Assembly: GCA_011109175.1 (NCBI GenBank)
Contig: RDEW01000010.1
Coordinates: 1,144,796-1,208,795, forward strand
Length of the DNA: 64,000 nucleotides
Reading direction: 5' to 3'
Source of the DNA: Dicyema japonicum
Lineage: Eukaryota; Animalia; Dicyemida
Each line of letters opens with the position of its first letter. Within the stretch, counting starts at the first letter, position 1. The position numbers and the translations under genes are program-made. Of the stretch, positions 23,181-36,100 are shown piece by piece. The notes beneath the pieces are model-generated. The model saw only the letters and a program-made list of their open reading frames with translations. It was not told where the DNA came from and made no database searches.

Positions 23181-24455
23181 AATAAGGAGGACAAGAAGTT
23201 GAATCTACTTCAAGAAGATAAGAACATTAAGTGCATGAAAGCTACGTCACAGTGCACCAAAATTACGTCCCTAGTTCAGCCAATTAACCACGTGGCTAAA
23301 AACAAATTGAAAATGACGTCATCTAAAAATCTTGTAATTTTCAATCATCAATTTTCCCAAGAGAAAACCGCAAACTAATATAATCTTTTTTATAAGCTAA
23401 TCTTAATTCATTAGATTTTAATCGGTTTAGTAAAAATTGTTAAAAATCAACAAACTAAAAAGTGAATTTAAACTTTACAGCCTCTCACGAAAAATTTTCT
23501 ACGGAAAAAGTTTATAAATTTTAATCACTTAACCATTAAATGTTTATTTAATTAAATTTATTTTTAATTATAAATAAAATTATTTAATTTTTAAATTTAA
23601 ATTATTTACGATTCAAATAAAATTTTTAAAGGTACATCCACATTACACTAATAATTTAGTCTAACTTTATTTTCGTGGTAATTTCGTAAAAGATAATAAA
23701 CTCTGAACACAAGTCAATGAAAAACAAAATCAGGCGTTCTCTCTCCAAAAGTTTTGAAAGCTGGTAAGCATTAAAATAATAAACATTACCATTGACGTAA
23801 ATTCTAATTCTAGCAAGCGGAACCTAATTAAAATGGACTCCAATAAATTATACTCCCCTCAGGCGGTTTGGCTAATAGTAACCCCCTAGAACCATAAATT
23901 AAGCTACGATCTGATTTTCAAGGGAAAACCAAAAATTGCTAGTAATTTACGATTTATTCGTAAGACGAAAAATATCTACTTTTTGGGGGCAAATTAGAAA
24001 ATGCGATCTCTGCGTCATTTGAGTACGGTCTCTAGTTCCGAACTTTTTCAACGAGTGGATCGCCTACATTGAAGCCAACGGTACTAAAATTCCCACAGCG
24101 ACCAATTTTGTATTACCCCTGGTTAATCCTCATCAACCATAATAATCCGCGTTTCAGTCACTTTGCTGTTTTAAGCGATCATCCTCCATTTTGGCTTCTA
24201 TCACAATTTTCTATGCAAAATACTAAATTTGTCTGTTGTGTGTCCACGTGTCTGTTTGTCCGCACTATCGATTTTTAGGAAGCAATTTTTCATATTTTAA
24301 TAAATTGCCGTTTATTGGTTTAACGAGCATTCTGTACTTTGCTTTATGTCCTGGTAGTCTGTGGAGACGACGGTATGTGACGGCTGCGTTTGAATTTCAA
24401 TCAAAAGCTTAATTTTGCTGTTTTGGCGGTTATTTCAGTCACTTGACAGTAGCAT

Positions 24456-25650
24456 GGCGATCCCACAGCTACGTGTCAGCCTTAGTCTGCTAGAGAGCTA
24501 TCGCTGTCGAAACATCGGCAGACCTGGTGGGTGAGCCCAAATGCCTTAATGGCTCCTCCAAAACATTTGCCTTTCAATAATTAGGGGGTAACTCTCGATA
24601 CAAGCATTTGTCCCATACATAACGCGTATTCCTTAATCTCCTGTGGTCGAGTATCTCCTTATTCGCTTATTTACATTTTAATCCAATCACTGCAGGAATG
24701 CTGAATATTTCCTTATTTTTGAAATTTGCTATTTTTTGTTTTTTTTGGTTTTAAATATTTTCATGAAATTTGATTATTTAGGGACGACGGTTGAGAGAAT
24801 TTACGATTCCTGTTCAAGCAGGGGGGAGATGAAGTCCCTCATATCGTTGTACAATAATTACGAGACCGTCAACCTGTCCGACTATGACTGTGTCTTGGTC
24901 TCCAATATTCTCAAACTGTATTTAATAACGATTGACGGGGGGCTCCTCGAAGACCACAAAAACGACTTCGACATCTTGGCCGGTTCTGGTGCCTTCTTAG
25001 TCGCAGGAAAAAAAGAAGCAACCCACAACGAGGTTCTGTATTTGCTGTCCCTACTGCCGACGGTGAATTATTCGATATTTGGCTGTCTTATTCGACACAT
25101 CAGAATTATGGCTGAACACGTGGCTTCTGAAAGTACAATTTAGGAGGAAAAAACCAAAATGTCGATGGACGACTTGACTGAAATATTCTCAAACGTGCTC
25201 TCGGTGGATGGAAAGTTACTCAAACTAATTTTAACGGACGATGAAGTATTTCCGGGAAAACATTTTGTCAGGTAAATTTATTTCCGGCGAAAAGCAGAAA
25301 TTTCTCAAAAATTGGGGACAAAAATAGCAACGAGCTAATTTTGTCGGAATTGGCTCTCCGTGGAGAAATCGACTTCCACAAATCCTCCATAAATCTGCTC
25401 TCACAGTCAAAGTATAGCAGGGATTCTGGCGTGGAAATCCTGAGGCATAAATATTCCCTGAATTATTTGAAGAATGAGGTAGTTGTGCCTCTCCAATGTA
25501 GCTTGACCACTGCTTGTCCTTTATTCCCCAACCCTCGGAAAATATCGCTAAGGCTAGGAGTTTCTCCACTGAAGAACCGGGGAGAAGTTTTTTGTGGGAA
25601 TAAAATTTAGAATCGAATATTTCTTTTGAAAATAATTTTAATTTGAGCTC
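24456..25650 (+). CDS. RhoGAP-domain protein, RalBP1/RLIP76-like (ends uncertain)
   Basis: ERIY...LYNNYETVNLSDYD...VSNILKLYL...LLSLLPTVNY...HIRIMAEHV..EKTKM follows the RalBP1 GAP layout, then a helical segment LRGEIDFHK; tiny introns. Confidence 0.7.
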
Positions 25651-26199
25651 AGACTTTCTGTCCGACGTTGAAGAGAATTCAAATCAAGGTTGGAGGTCGA
25701 AATATTGTAGAGGTTAGCGACCCCTTGCAGGACTTGAAGTCAGAACTGAACGCATTGAGTTGACGTCAGCTTATTTTTAGACAAAAAATTAAGGCGGAAA
25801 TAAATTTTGAGAATTTACTGAATTCTGAAAAATTTAGAGACTTTCAAAAATCTACTGATCCTATTGAACAAAAGTCACTACCTTGGAGGGGGAAAATCAG
25901 ATTTTGAGGGTAAATTGTCATTTTTGTATTCTTAGGAGATGAATGAATGGCTAATTAGTCGAATAAGTGATGTTATGGAAGAAAACTCTGTTTTAAAAAA
26001 ATATATTGAATTTTCCAACAATGTCGACAAGATGACTGAAAATAAAGAATATTAACAAACAAAGATTTTAAATTTTATATTAATAAATTTTTTAAAATAA
26101 ATAATGCTTTATATCTAATAAATAATAAATAAAAAATAATTATTTTTATCGTGCGTCATGTGGTTCACCGTTTCTGGTGGGGTCGGATATAGTCTTAAA

Positions 26200-28410
26200 C
26201 TATAACTAAAAAGAACCATTTGCTCCCTACCAACCAGAGGACTTCCCACTGGACGGGATTCTTTCAATGTTGGAACATTCTATCGATTGAGACTGTTGAC
26301 CTCAGGAGACGTGGAACAAAATCCAGGCCCAAAGAAGTTAACAATCAAAGGCTTTAACATAAACGGGATCAGAGGAAAGATTGCCGACTTTCCTTATTCT
26401 TGGAGAGGAACAGAGTAGATACCTGCCTTCTCCAGGAAACGAAGCTTTCAAATAACACTCCTACTCCTTTCGTTAATGGATACAACACAATAAGATCCGA
26501 CCGCCCATTTGGCCAAGAAGGGGGGTATACTGACTCTTGTGAGAAAAGGAATAAAATACCTCGAGAACCTTTCTTTCTACAAGAGCCTAATGGAAGACTC
26601 GAACACGGAGCTAATTGGAATCTCTGTTGTAACTTCCATTGGAAAAATTGAAATTGCGAATGTTTATGTTTTTCCTCCTGGCTCCTGCAAGAAAAATTTC
26701 TGCTTTGACCTATCGACCTTGGACAAACTGGAGAACTTGCCATTATGTAGAGACCTGAATGCGAAGCACCCTTCTTGGTTCCGCTACCAGGTCGCTGATA
26801 ACAGAGGAAACCTGCTATTATCCCAAATGCTAAACTTAATAATCATCAACAACCCGAAAAAGATCACTAGGACATCATACAACACGAAGGACATCTCCGG
26901 ACTTATTAATCTGCTCGCCTCGTCTTTCCCCATCATTAATAGGACGGTCCGTTATGACCTCCTGAGTGACCACCATTCAATGATAATGAAGCTGTACTGC
27001 GAGCCACGTTTGTACCGAAGCCTATTCATTTCTATGATTACAAAAATGCAAATTGGACTGGCTTTACGAATTTTGTTGATTCAAAACTGCAAAATTTCCA
27101 CCCTGAAAATTTCTCCTCCATAGTAAAAGCTGTATACTATTACAACAAAATAATCATTGACGGGAGAAAAATTTTACCAGAAAAACATATATAAAAAACG
27201 AAAAATTAAAATACGACTCAAAGACAAAGAAAATAATTATGGAAAGAAACACCCTTTAGAGACACATCGATCACGAGATGTCATTAATCGAATCAGGTCA
27301 CTAAACATTCTTATCACGAAAAGCACGAACAACACCCGAAGGAAGAAACTCATGCGAATCTCTGTTGCAATAAATAATCAGACCTTAATTTCCAACATGG
27401 CTTCAAGGAAGGATTATCAACAACCTCCTTCCAACAACACTAATGAAGATCATAACTGAAGGTCACAAGAACAAGCCAAAACAGGAAAAATCGGTCATAT
27501 GTACAATTGCCATTCAAAAAGCATTCGACTCTGTCCCAAGGAAGATCCTCATACATGGATAGCAAATTTCTTAAGTGGACGCCGATGGAAATTGTCCGTT
27601 GGAAACAAGAGTTCCAGATCGAGATTGTTACCCAATGGTGTACCCCAGGGATCTCCTTTGTCACCAATCCTCCTTAATTTATTTTTGAATGATCTCCCCG
27701 TACCTATGAATAGTAATGACATGCCACTTTCCTATGCGATGACATAGTTGTCGCATCTATGGACGTAAATGTCGAACATGCTAAAGACTACAAGGAAACT
27801 AAACAACAAATATGGATGGTTGTGCGAAAATCGATTAAATGCATGTTCCGGAAGTCAGCAGTCACTCTATTTACTAAGAATAGAAAGATGGGAACGTCAC
27901 GTTAAATGGAGTGCCTATACCACAAAAGAAATCGCAGAAGATACTGGGAGTAACTTTTGATACTTTCCTCTTCTTCTTAGCCCATGTGGAATCCATAATA
28001 TCAACCTGTTCAAAGAAGATCAATTTTGTAAAAGCCTTCCTTTGGAACTGTGGAGGAATTTATCCGCCAGGTATCGGGACCCTCCATAAGCAGTATATCG
28101 AGCCAACAATAGGCTATGCATGTGCTGCATGGGGATCTTACCTGGCGGCAACGAACCTAATAAATTCAAGAGATCATGTCAAGAGCAATAAAATTACTGG
28201 AAAAAAATACAGATAAAGAAATTGCCCCCAGAACACTCGAGTCTATCATAGAACCAACTGGAGGCAAGAGGGGAGAAGAAAGGAAAAGACCTCCGTCCGT
28301 ATAGAAAATGTGTGGGGTCACGGTCGGAGCATCGAAAAAAATGGCCCGATTATTGAGAGATGCCGGGATCACCTAAATATTAGTTAGTGGTTAAGACGGT
28401 GTTTCTTTGG
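26200..28410 (+). mobile_element. I-group (Ingi/Vingi-like) APE-RT LINE with N-terminal 2A motif, degenerate (family L-A)
   Basis: 2A motif, then APE (FNINGIR, LLQETKL, GGILTLV, DLNAKHPSW, SDHH), RT (KAFDSVP, GVPQGSPLSP, YA-DDI) and post-RT YIEPTIGYACAAWG; C-terminus RLLRDAGIT*. Many frameshifts and an internal deletion. Confidence 0.88.
26281..26331 (+). other. 2A/StopGo ribosomal skipping motif
   Basis: In-frame YRLRLLTSGDVEQNPGP matches D(V/I)ExNPG-P and lies directly before the APE domain. Confidence 0.85.
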
Positions 28411-28429
28411 CTTGAATAACAATAATTTA

Positions 28430-28590
28430 GGGGCAGATAGGTAGCTCCAGGTATATCTGCAGTCCACTGTTTTAAAGCGGTCCCTAGAGAGCCTTACACT
28501 GAGTATAGGAGGCAGAACTCGGAGTTGCCATATGGACAGAGGGTTAAATTGGACAAGGCGCTCTCGGAGTTTCAGCAACCAGCTGCCCAG
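28430..28590 (+). mobile_element. R4/Dong-like element C-terminal fragment
   Basis: Homologous to the reverse complement of 19850-20010 (cagtccactg...aagcgg.ccctagagagcc...gcgctctcggag). Confidence 0.85.
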
Positions 28591-28599
28591 AAGATTTGA

Positions 28600-28770
28600 A
28601 ACTATGGTTAATACGACTGGGGCAATTTTCTTGTGGAGGATTTGTACGCATGACCTCCCGTCCTTATCGTAAATGTACCGAAACGCAGTAAGCACCATGA
28701 AAAGATTGAAGACTGCTGAGGAAGGCGGGGATCACCTACATTTTTTTCTATTGGACTATTACAGTGGTTT
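28600..28770 (+). mobile_element. second 3' end of LINE family L-A
   Basis: RPYRKC...RLLRKAGIT (ggggatcacct) parallels 28290-28375. Confidence 0.6.
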
Positions 28771-29230
28771 TTTGGTTCAATAAATTTAAATAACAGGAGA
28801 AATTGAATTTGCCAAGGCTCTCCTGGGTCACCATGAAACACCATTTACAAAGCCCTCCAACGTTTCTAGACTATCCTGTTACCGTCAACATCATTCGAGC
28901 ACCTTCTGAAGGGAACGGGGACCCAAATGCACCTGGCAATTGAGGGCAAAAAACAAAAAGACGACACTTCTATGATAAGGGGAAAGATATAATCTAAAAG
29001 AACCACCACCGCTCTCAGCCCTCCCGGCATCAACAGATCAAAGTTATCAGCGATCACACTCTGAAGCACTTATGGGAGTCCACAGCAATTGCTTCTGGGC
29101 ACTTGAAGGCCAGCGGACTCCTTTTGGAGATCTAGCAGCTTCTATCAAAAATTGATAAAATAATCACCACAAAAGATATTTAATTAAAATTAAATTAAAT
29201 ATTAAATTAATTCCGTAATTAAATATTAAA

Positions 29231-31590
29231 TTACTCACTATCGACTGGTGTTTTTGTATTACTCACATTGTAATTTTTCATCATTTTTTTGGTCATAAAA
29301 TAAGGTTTTTCAATTGACCCGTCATTGTTAACGAGGTCGATAACTAAAATCACAAAAAAGCAAACTGATGCACTCAATGAACGTGGATATTCCAATATCA
29401 TATATATTTAGCATATGGTTGCTTACAATTAACGAACTTATTCCAACAAACTAAAATCACACGAATAAAAGGACAATTATTGGGACCATTGTATTGTTCA
29501 ATTGCCGATCAAGTTTCAGCCAATTCTTAAGGGTCTCGATGACAGAGAATTGTGGAGTAAACCAAACGTAGGATAATAAAGCTAAATTAATTGACGGTGG
29601 ATTACTTGTGAGAATCATACAACTCAAATTACAGATGACTATAACTAGTTTTGCGATAATTCCCGTTACAATTTGACTAAGTTTATCCATGAAAATACCC
29701 GCCTAAATTTTTCGTTTTCAATAAAACTCCATTTTTAGCCGAAATACAAAAATTTTTGCCGCTAATCATCATCTACGCGTAGGAACTATTTGTATACCTG
29801 AGTATATGCTTCTTCCGTGATAAACTTGAGGATTTTTTCAAGACACCAAAAACAGCACGTAAGAGCTCTGCCAAATTTAGCGAGAGTCGATACCTGGTTA
29901 CGAATTTGACGAATTTATTGTCATAATTCCTGAGTTTTTTGGACATGTAGAGCAGAGTAGTTCTGGAGAATTTGACCATAGCGATAATGAGTGACCCAAA
30001 GGCCACGGATCCGAGGTGGTATCTAATCGTAACGAATTAAATGAAAACCGAATAACTATGACGAAAGATTTATTAACGGGAGAGGTTGGGATATCTTCAG
30101 GCTTATTAAAAGCCCAATAATATTGACTAAACGAGCCAGTAATCACACACGTGCTAAAGCCATCAATAAACTGAATCATCCAGAACCATGCGAACAGCAA
30201 GTAGGCCAACAAATATGGCTGAGCTCTAAACTACTTCTTCAACTAACGTGGTAGCCAAGATTTTGAGGAACCGACAGGTGGAGTCAGTAACCTCGTTTTT
30301 TGATACATCACATTCTAGAGTGCTCTGAGATACCGAAGCTTCTCCAGAAGGCTCACGTCTTATGGTGTGGAGATACCTAAAGGTTCATGTGAAATATTAC
30401 GCAGCAATGGTGATACAAAACAAGGTAATTACAACCATTTCCATCACAGGAATCAATGTCCACAAAAACACCCCCCAAATGTGTTTTAATGACCTATTTT
30501 AAGTTTACACAATACTTGGAAATCTCGTTTATAATATGAATGCTAAGTCTGATTAATTTGAAGCACCCAAAAATTATAAGAAGCACAATCAGGGCAGCTA
30601 CCGCTAGTATGATGCCGAACGTAAGATTTAAGTTGTAATATTCCCCATAGGTGTCCACTCTTGTGAAGATGGTGGACGGCCAAGGATCAGCTCCTTCTTT
30701 TTTGAGCTGGGAATATCGTTGAATCAAAAACACCGAGCCTTAAATTAGCAACCTCTACCAACCTACTCCCAGACAACCGATGACTGAAATGAATGAAATG
30801 ACTATCACAGGCCCAGCAAAGCATTTCAGTAGCAGAATGACGATAAAGCAGATGAGAATGGAGATAACCAAGAATCTAACAAATCAAAAAAACGCAGACA
30901 TTAGTAAATCGTATTTTACGGTGATCATGTCCGCAATTCCTTTCAAAAATATATTTTTCAATTTTGTTAAAAATCCATCACTATTTTTTTACTAAATTTT
31001 ACTCTATGGTTTCGTAAATATCTCCGAGAACATCGCTTACATCAAAAGACAATGAATTTTGTAGATTGGGAATACAGTATCTTAAAACTGGAAATTATTC
31101 AAAAAATTAACATGAATTTATTTTCCTTGATGGTGGTGAATTTGTCTCAGAACAGTCCGTCACGCAAGTCTGAAATTGTCATCATCAATTACTCACGCCA
31201 GAACAACGGGCAGATAAAATTTCGGAAAGACATTGTCTTAAATCTTCTGTCTTCAAGTACTTCTTGTCTCTAGATTTATGGATATTATCGAACGTATAGT
31301 CGAATCCATCACCGTTGTCGACCCCGCAAATATGCCCAGAAGAATCTATGGGGTAAAGCAGATATCTGATATCCCCATACATGAAGACTAGTCGTAATAA
31401 AAGTCACAAACCGACAACAAAAAACCCCCAAGACTCAGTATAACACAAGCAAACGGAATAATGCATAGAACGTCCGTGCAACTTCTGTACGACTAAATAT
31501 GAGCAAGGGAACCTCTTCCTTGAAACTCCAATTTGTTGATTTGGCATAAAAATCTGGAATGGAAATCAATAATGAGAATAATTTGACCTA
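29231..31590 (-). CDS. choline transporter-like protein (SLC44/CTL), 5' end uncertain
   Basis: RSCTDVLC, YPIDSSGHICG, YHLGSVAFGSLIIA, CCFWCLEKILKFI, GKNFCISAK and NDGSIEKPYFM; tiny introns; apparent homopolymer indels near 29280-29730. Confidence 0.9.
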
Positions 31591-31699
31591 TTTTATAAAT
31601 TTATTTAAATTTTAGTAAAGAACCCTCAAAGTTTAAGTAAATTTTAACAAAATATTAATTTTTTATCTTTTTTATTTATGTTTTCTATTTCTTCTAGTC

Positions 31700-32600
31700 C
31701 CGTTACACCATGGATTGTAGTTCTTGTTCATCACGAGCTTGTGCGGGCTCAAGAGAGGGACATCGGTTGATAGCTCTGTTGGCACGTGTCTTAATTCGTT
31801 CTTACGGTGCAACAGGCACCGTGTGTCTTTTAGTCAAATTAGGGTTTTTGTTCCCTTTTCTGGATAACCGTGATTTTCTTGGCTTTGTCCCCGATCAAGT
31901 AAAGAGCTCTGCTGGTATCGCATAGTTGATATCCCCAATGCACAAAAATATCCCCATCACTAATTTTATATATCCTCAGGTCACAGGGTGACTTATCTGG
32001 AATTCATCTTTGAAGTCATTTTCTAAGGTTGAATTTCGATTTCTTAAAGTCAAAGTAAGATTCTTCCCCCAACTCTCTTGTAAAAATGTCTTTACCTTCA
32101 TTCTATGGGTATAGCTTCTTGTCCCTGACAACTTCATGAATTAAACGAGTGGCAAATAGATTGAACGCATAAAGGAGTGTTTCACTGTCTGGGAGTAACT
32201 TTAGATCTGAAGAAAGGAGCCTTAGGGGACCAATATGGAGTGGATGATCTATTCTGAGATTGTATATAGATGGGTATGTAATTGATTCTCGGATAGAGAC
32301 AGTGAGGATTGTTGCGGAGGGTGGCGATTCCAAGTGCCTGGAATAACCATCTCCGTTGACGGGGGTCTCTGAGTCACTTTGCGATTGCTTTCCTAATTTC
32401 ATTGAAGAGTCCTTTACCAATTCTTCCAAACGCTTCAGAGGTTTTGAAGGCGATTGGGATGAAACGGAAGCGATCTCTGACTTCTTCAATTTCCTCTGCT
32501 CGGAAAAGTCGCCATTTTGGGAGTCAGAATGAGCAGAAATACAAAACGTGAAACGAGAATAAGCTGGCACACATCACGTCCCCAACGAGAAATCCTACAT
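31700..32600 (-). pseudogene. uncharacterised coding-like region (155-aa ORF plus interrupted continuation)
   Basis: ORF 32103-32570 continues in frame through TAG/TGA/TAA stops that tiny introns only partly explain; no family recognised. Confidence 0.3.
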
Positions 32601-32889
32601 GTGAATATGGGTGAATTTTCATCCCATCAGATCTCTTCTCATTGCCGCGGTCAGTCCCCCGGAGACTCTATCAGAGATGTGACATTTTATTCAGTTTGTG
32701 GGTAAATTTTATGCAAAATTATTCACAATTTGTAATTTAGGAAACAACTTGTAGGATTATCGGTCAATCCTTTGTTGTGGAAGTAGACCTCTTAGAGAAT
32801 ATCTAACCGCTTATTATTTTCTCTCCCTAACCTCCCAATCTCTTCTAAGGATGATTTAGATTTATAGCAAAAACCCATAAAATGGTAGA

Positions 32890-33160
32890 TTGATATCTCC
32901 CAGAAAAGATGTACATATATCCAATGTTCCTCCAAAATTTCCATCCCCTGTATCCAAGTCGTTTTTAGAAGAATTTGTAATGTATCTCCCAAGAGAGATG
33001 TGGTATGTCTCCAATGTTCCTCCAAAGTTTCCATCTCCTGTATCCAAGTCGGTTTTAGTAGACGTTGTAAGGTATCTCCCAATAGAGGTGTGACACATCT
33101 CCAATATGTTCCTCCAAAGTTTCCGCCTCTTAGTGTACCCAAGTGGCTTATCTCTTGGGA
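32890..33160. repeat. about 3 tandem copies of a 90-nt unit
   Basis: tatccaagtc recurs at 32951 and 33041. The minus-strand ORF gives the 30-aa repeat DTGDGNFGGTLETYHISLGRYITNSSKNDL. Confidence 0.85.
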
Positions 33161-34214
33161 GAATTTGTAAAATAGCCAGTTAGGTGGGTGGTCAATTGAT
33201 CTGAGGTTGGAGTGGTGACGTAGTGCACGAAATGTGTACCTAGCTTCATGATTGATGGAATCTCATTTCGTATTCTCTTGAGTATGGAAAAGTTTCCGGA
33301 CTTGGAAGATAGCAGAAACCAGAGGTACTGAACAAATGAAGCGTCGGATGCACGTGGGATCCGAATTCGAATCTCGTCCGGTCCAAAATTAAAAAGTTTG
33401 TAAGTCCATCTGTCAGAAGCGAGAATAGATAAAGCAGGCTCTTAGAGACTAACTCTCATCAACTCCCCGTAGTAGCGACTACTATATAGATTTCACACGA
33501 TTTTCTTTAAAATTCAAAAAAATACAAAAATCTGTGTATTCTTTTTTAGTTCGTTTCGCTCATACAAACCTAGCTCCTCGGAGGGCTTTCGCTGCGAAGT
33601 TCGCTTCGCTCATTGCCGACTAATTCCAGTGGAGAAAACTTAACTGGGATGGAGTTGTCTCGAAATGCTTAAGAATTATATGGATAAGCAATCTATTAAA
33701 GGAAGAACGAGGACTTATATGCAATCAGTTGTGACTCTAGAAAGCATGCTAATCGAGCACAACAGGATCCTTTTAAAAACAGAGTGATTATTGGGGTGAT
33801 TTTGGTCAATAAAGGTAAAAAGTCATATGTTCTTTAAAATATAAGATAGTTTTTAGTCAAAAATATTAGATAAATCAAAAATTCAAAATTTAATTTTTTT
33901 GTCAATATTTTTATTAGTTTTTATTTTTTAATTTTTATTTTTATTGGCCGAGTATGACTAGAAGACTGGTCATCTCTTCACTTGTCCGAGTCCACCTACC
34001 AGTTCTCTTCAGAACCAAATATACCTGTCGGATCTCTGGGAGCGTACGCTTTTGGCTGTAACGATTTTGTTAGCCACTGGTGTCTTTCACTTGAAGGGAC
34101 CGGGGGTAAATAAATAAAATAAAAATTAGCCATCCCTCCTACCAGGCATGACATACTTTATTTTTTTGCAAAAAACAGATATCATAACTAATCGATGAGG
34201 GAAAACCAAGGAAT

Positions 34215-34425
34215 GCTCTTCATTTCGTTTTTCCTTTTGTTGGATGTGAGTCTTTTGTAGATGATCCGGTTCCACAGTAAGATTTGCATTGATGACGGCG
34301 TCAGGTCGCTGGTCGGAAGTAGAGGTATATAGCGTGGAACCTTCAGCCGAAATGTACAGAGAGTCGAACTAGGGGATATTAGGCCTTTTGCCCGTCACTC
34401 GTTACATTGCGCCATTGGCCATGAA
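34215..34425 (-). mobile_element. tRNA-derived SINE family B
   Basis: A box TGGCGCAATG, B box AGTTCGACTC, core gaaggttccac...tgacgccgtcatca and an A-rich tail; homologous to 35745-35870 and 40525-40715. Confidence 0.65.
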
Positions 34426-35744
34426 AATGGAACTTTAATTGAAAGATGCTGGAAGCAATATATCGAAATGAACTACCAAGCAATTTATCGGCATGTTAAT
34501 ATTGATGTATAAAGTAATAAGGACGGCGGAAGAAACATACTTCATTGTAGAAGACGCAGCTAACAGATTCAAACATTGTGTTTCAGTAACGATTTATGCG
34601 GTATTAAGAAGTATCTGGAATCTATATTTTCTATTAATAATTTTTTAAATTAATTAGTTTTTTTTTTAAATTCAAAAATTTATTAACAATAAAATAGTAT
34701 TTATTAACTATGGGGGAGAGCGGCTGCTGACATCACGGAGTAACGTTTCCGCGAACAATTAATTAGTTAAAAGTTATTTTTTATATTACAAAAATGAAAA
34801 AAATATTTTTCCATGCATATACGGATATTTAAAAAAATCTACTTCCACATAATCTATTCAGTAAAAATTTTTATTACTCCTATTATCTAAAGACCCATTT
34901 TTTAGGTCAAATTCGAATTTATGACGTCAAAAATGCCCTGTGACCAATGCCATTTTTAAATATGTTAGCGCAAAAATTAATGGGTTGTCTCGTTGTGATG
35001 ACTTTCATAATTGCCTAAGTTTGCATCTTCTGTTATCTCTTGCAATGATCTCTGGAAGAGCATTAAAGTATTCTGAAGGCGACATCCCTCTATACAAATT
35101 GAATATACCACGAAATAAAAATTTACACCCGTTTAGACATCCCGATCCCTCAGAGATCCCGTGGCTGTTGAGTCACTTGCTAGTCGCTCAAATACAGTTT
35201 ATCTTATTTTGGAAACGAAAGTGTTTATTATACACGGATCCGATGTTATCGGCCGTCCATACGTTCCTGGTCTTGTTGGATGTATTCGTGGACATCTCAG
35301 ACATTGAAGGCAATCATTTCTTCCCCAACTACGGATGTTATTTGTCAAACGATATATGTACATAGTGTGGCTAATGAACAGACAAATCTTTGTTATTAAT
35401 CTCTGATAGAGCAAATCTAGACTGAATATGTTTACGGACATTGGCCATCCACCAGATGTAATCATCACTAGGTTTTGTTTGGTTTCTTGTTTGAAAATGA
35501 GGGAGTTACTTCAAAGCCATAAACTATTATTCTGCCAGTTATGGAAGTGCAATTGAAATCGTAAATGAATTTCTGAATACAACGTAGCCGCTTAATTTAA
35601 ATAATTGCAAAAAACTACTCTTTTAGTTGAGAAACCAGGATTACGAAGGTGTTCCCTTTTATCCCTAATAACACTAAATGTATACAAGGACAGTTATCGC
35701 ATGAGTTCTTCCAATTTCAAATTCCAAACATTTGGAGAGTCAGA

Positions 35745-35870
35745 CTGGAGGTTCCACACATCTACGATGCTTTGGGTATAACGAGTGACGCCGTCATCAG
35801 TGAGCGCTTCACTGGGTAACTGACCGTCTGCAAAGGACTCACACGCAACAAAAAGAAAAAAAGGAGAAAT
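35745..35870 (+). mobile_element. SINE family B, 5'-truncated
   Basis: ggaggttccacacatctacga...cgagtgacgccgtcatcagtg...caacaaaaagaaaaaaa. Confidence 0.7.
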
Positions 35871-36100
35871 TCATGCTTCGATGTACTGCTTGTAAACGAT
35901 TATAGGAAAGGATGATTTTTATATTTTCATAGCTTTGAGAGCCACTTCAGTATTGAGAAAAAATAAATTGATTTAATTATCAAAAATCGCAATTAAAAAA
36001 ATGGAAATCAACCATTAAAGATTAACATTAAAATTATTTTATTTAAATTAATTAAATTAAAAATTTAAATCAAATAAAATATTATACGTGTTTTCTCCTT

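Noticed and set aside
24455-24510. Extra SINE-A head (atcccacagcta)
   Set aside because: The match is short and more simply read as the first exon of the RhoGAP gene.
29231-32600. Stop-codon reassignment (in-frame TAG in SLC44; stops in the 32-kb ORF)
   Set aside because: Long conserved exons contain no internal TAA/TAG, true ends use TAA, TAG and TGA, and the stray stops are of mixed types and explained by introns, indels or decay.
32890-33160. CRISPR-like array
   Set aside because: The whole 90-nt unit is repeated with no unique spacers, there are no cas genes, and the context is eukaryotic.
33551-33620. Helitron/HINE-like end (ttcg.ttcgctcat twice around a weak hairpin)
   Set aside because: The hairpin is only ~4 bp, and there is no CTRR end or second copy.
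34940-35468. Overlapping 141-aa and 89-aa ORFs as genes
   Set aside because: No family motifs or splice pattern; the minus strand has only a faint CR1/L2-like C-terminal trace.
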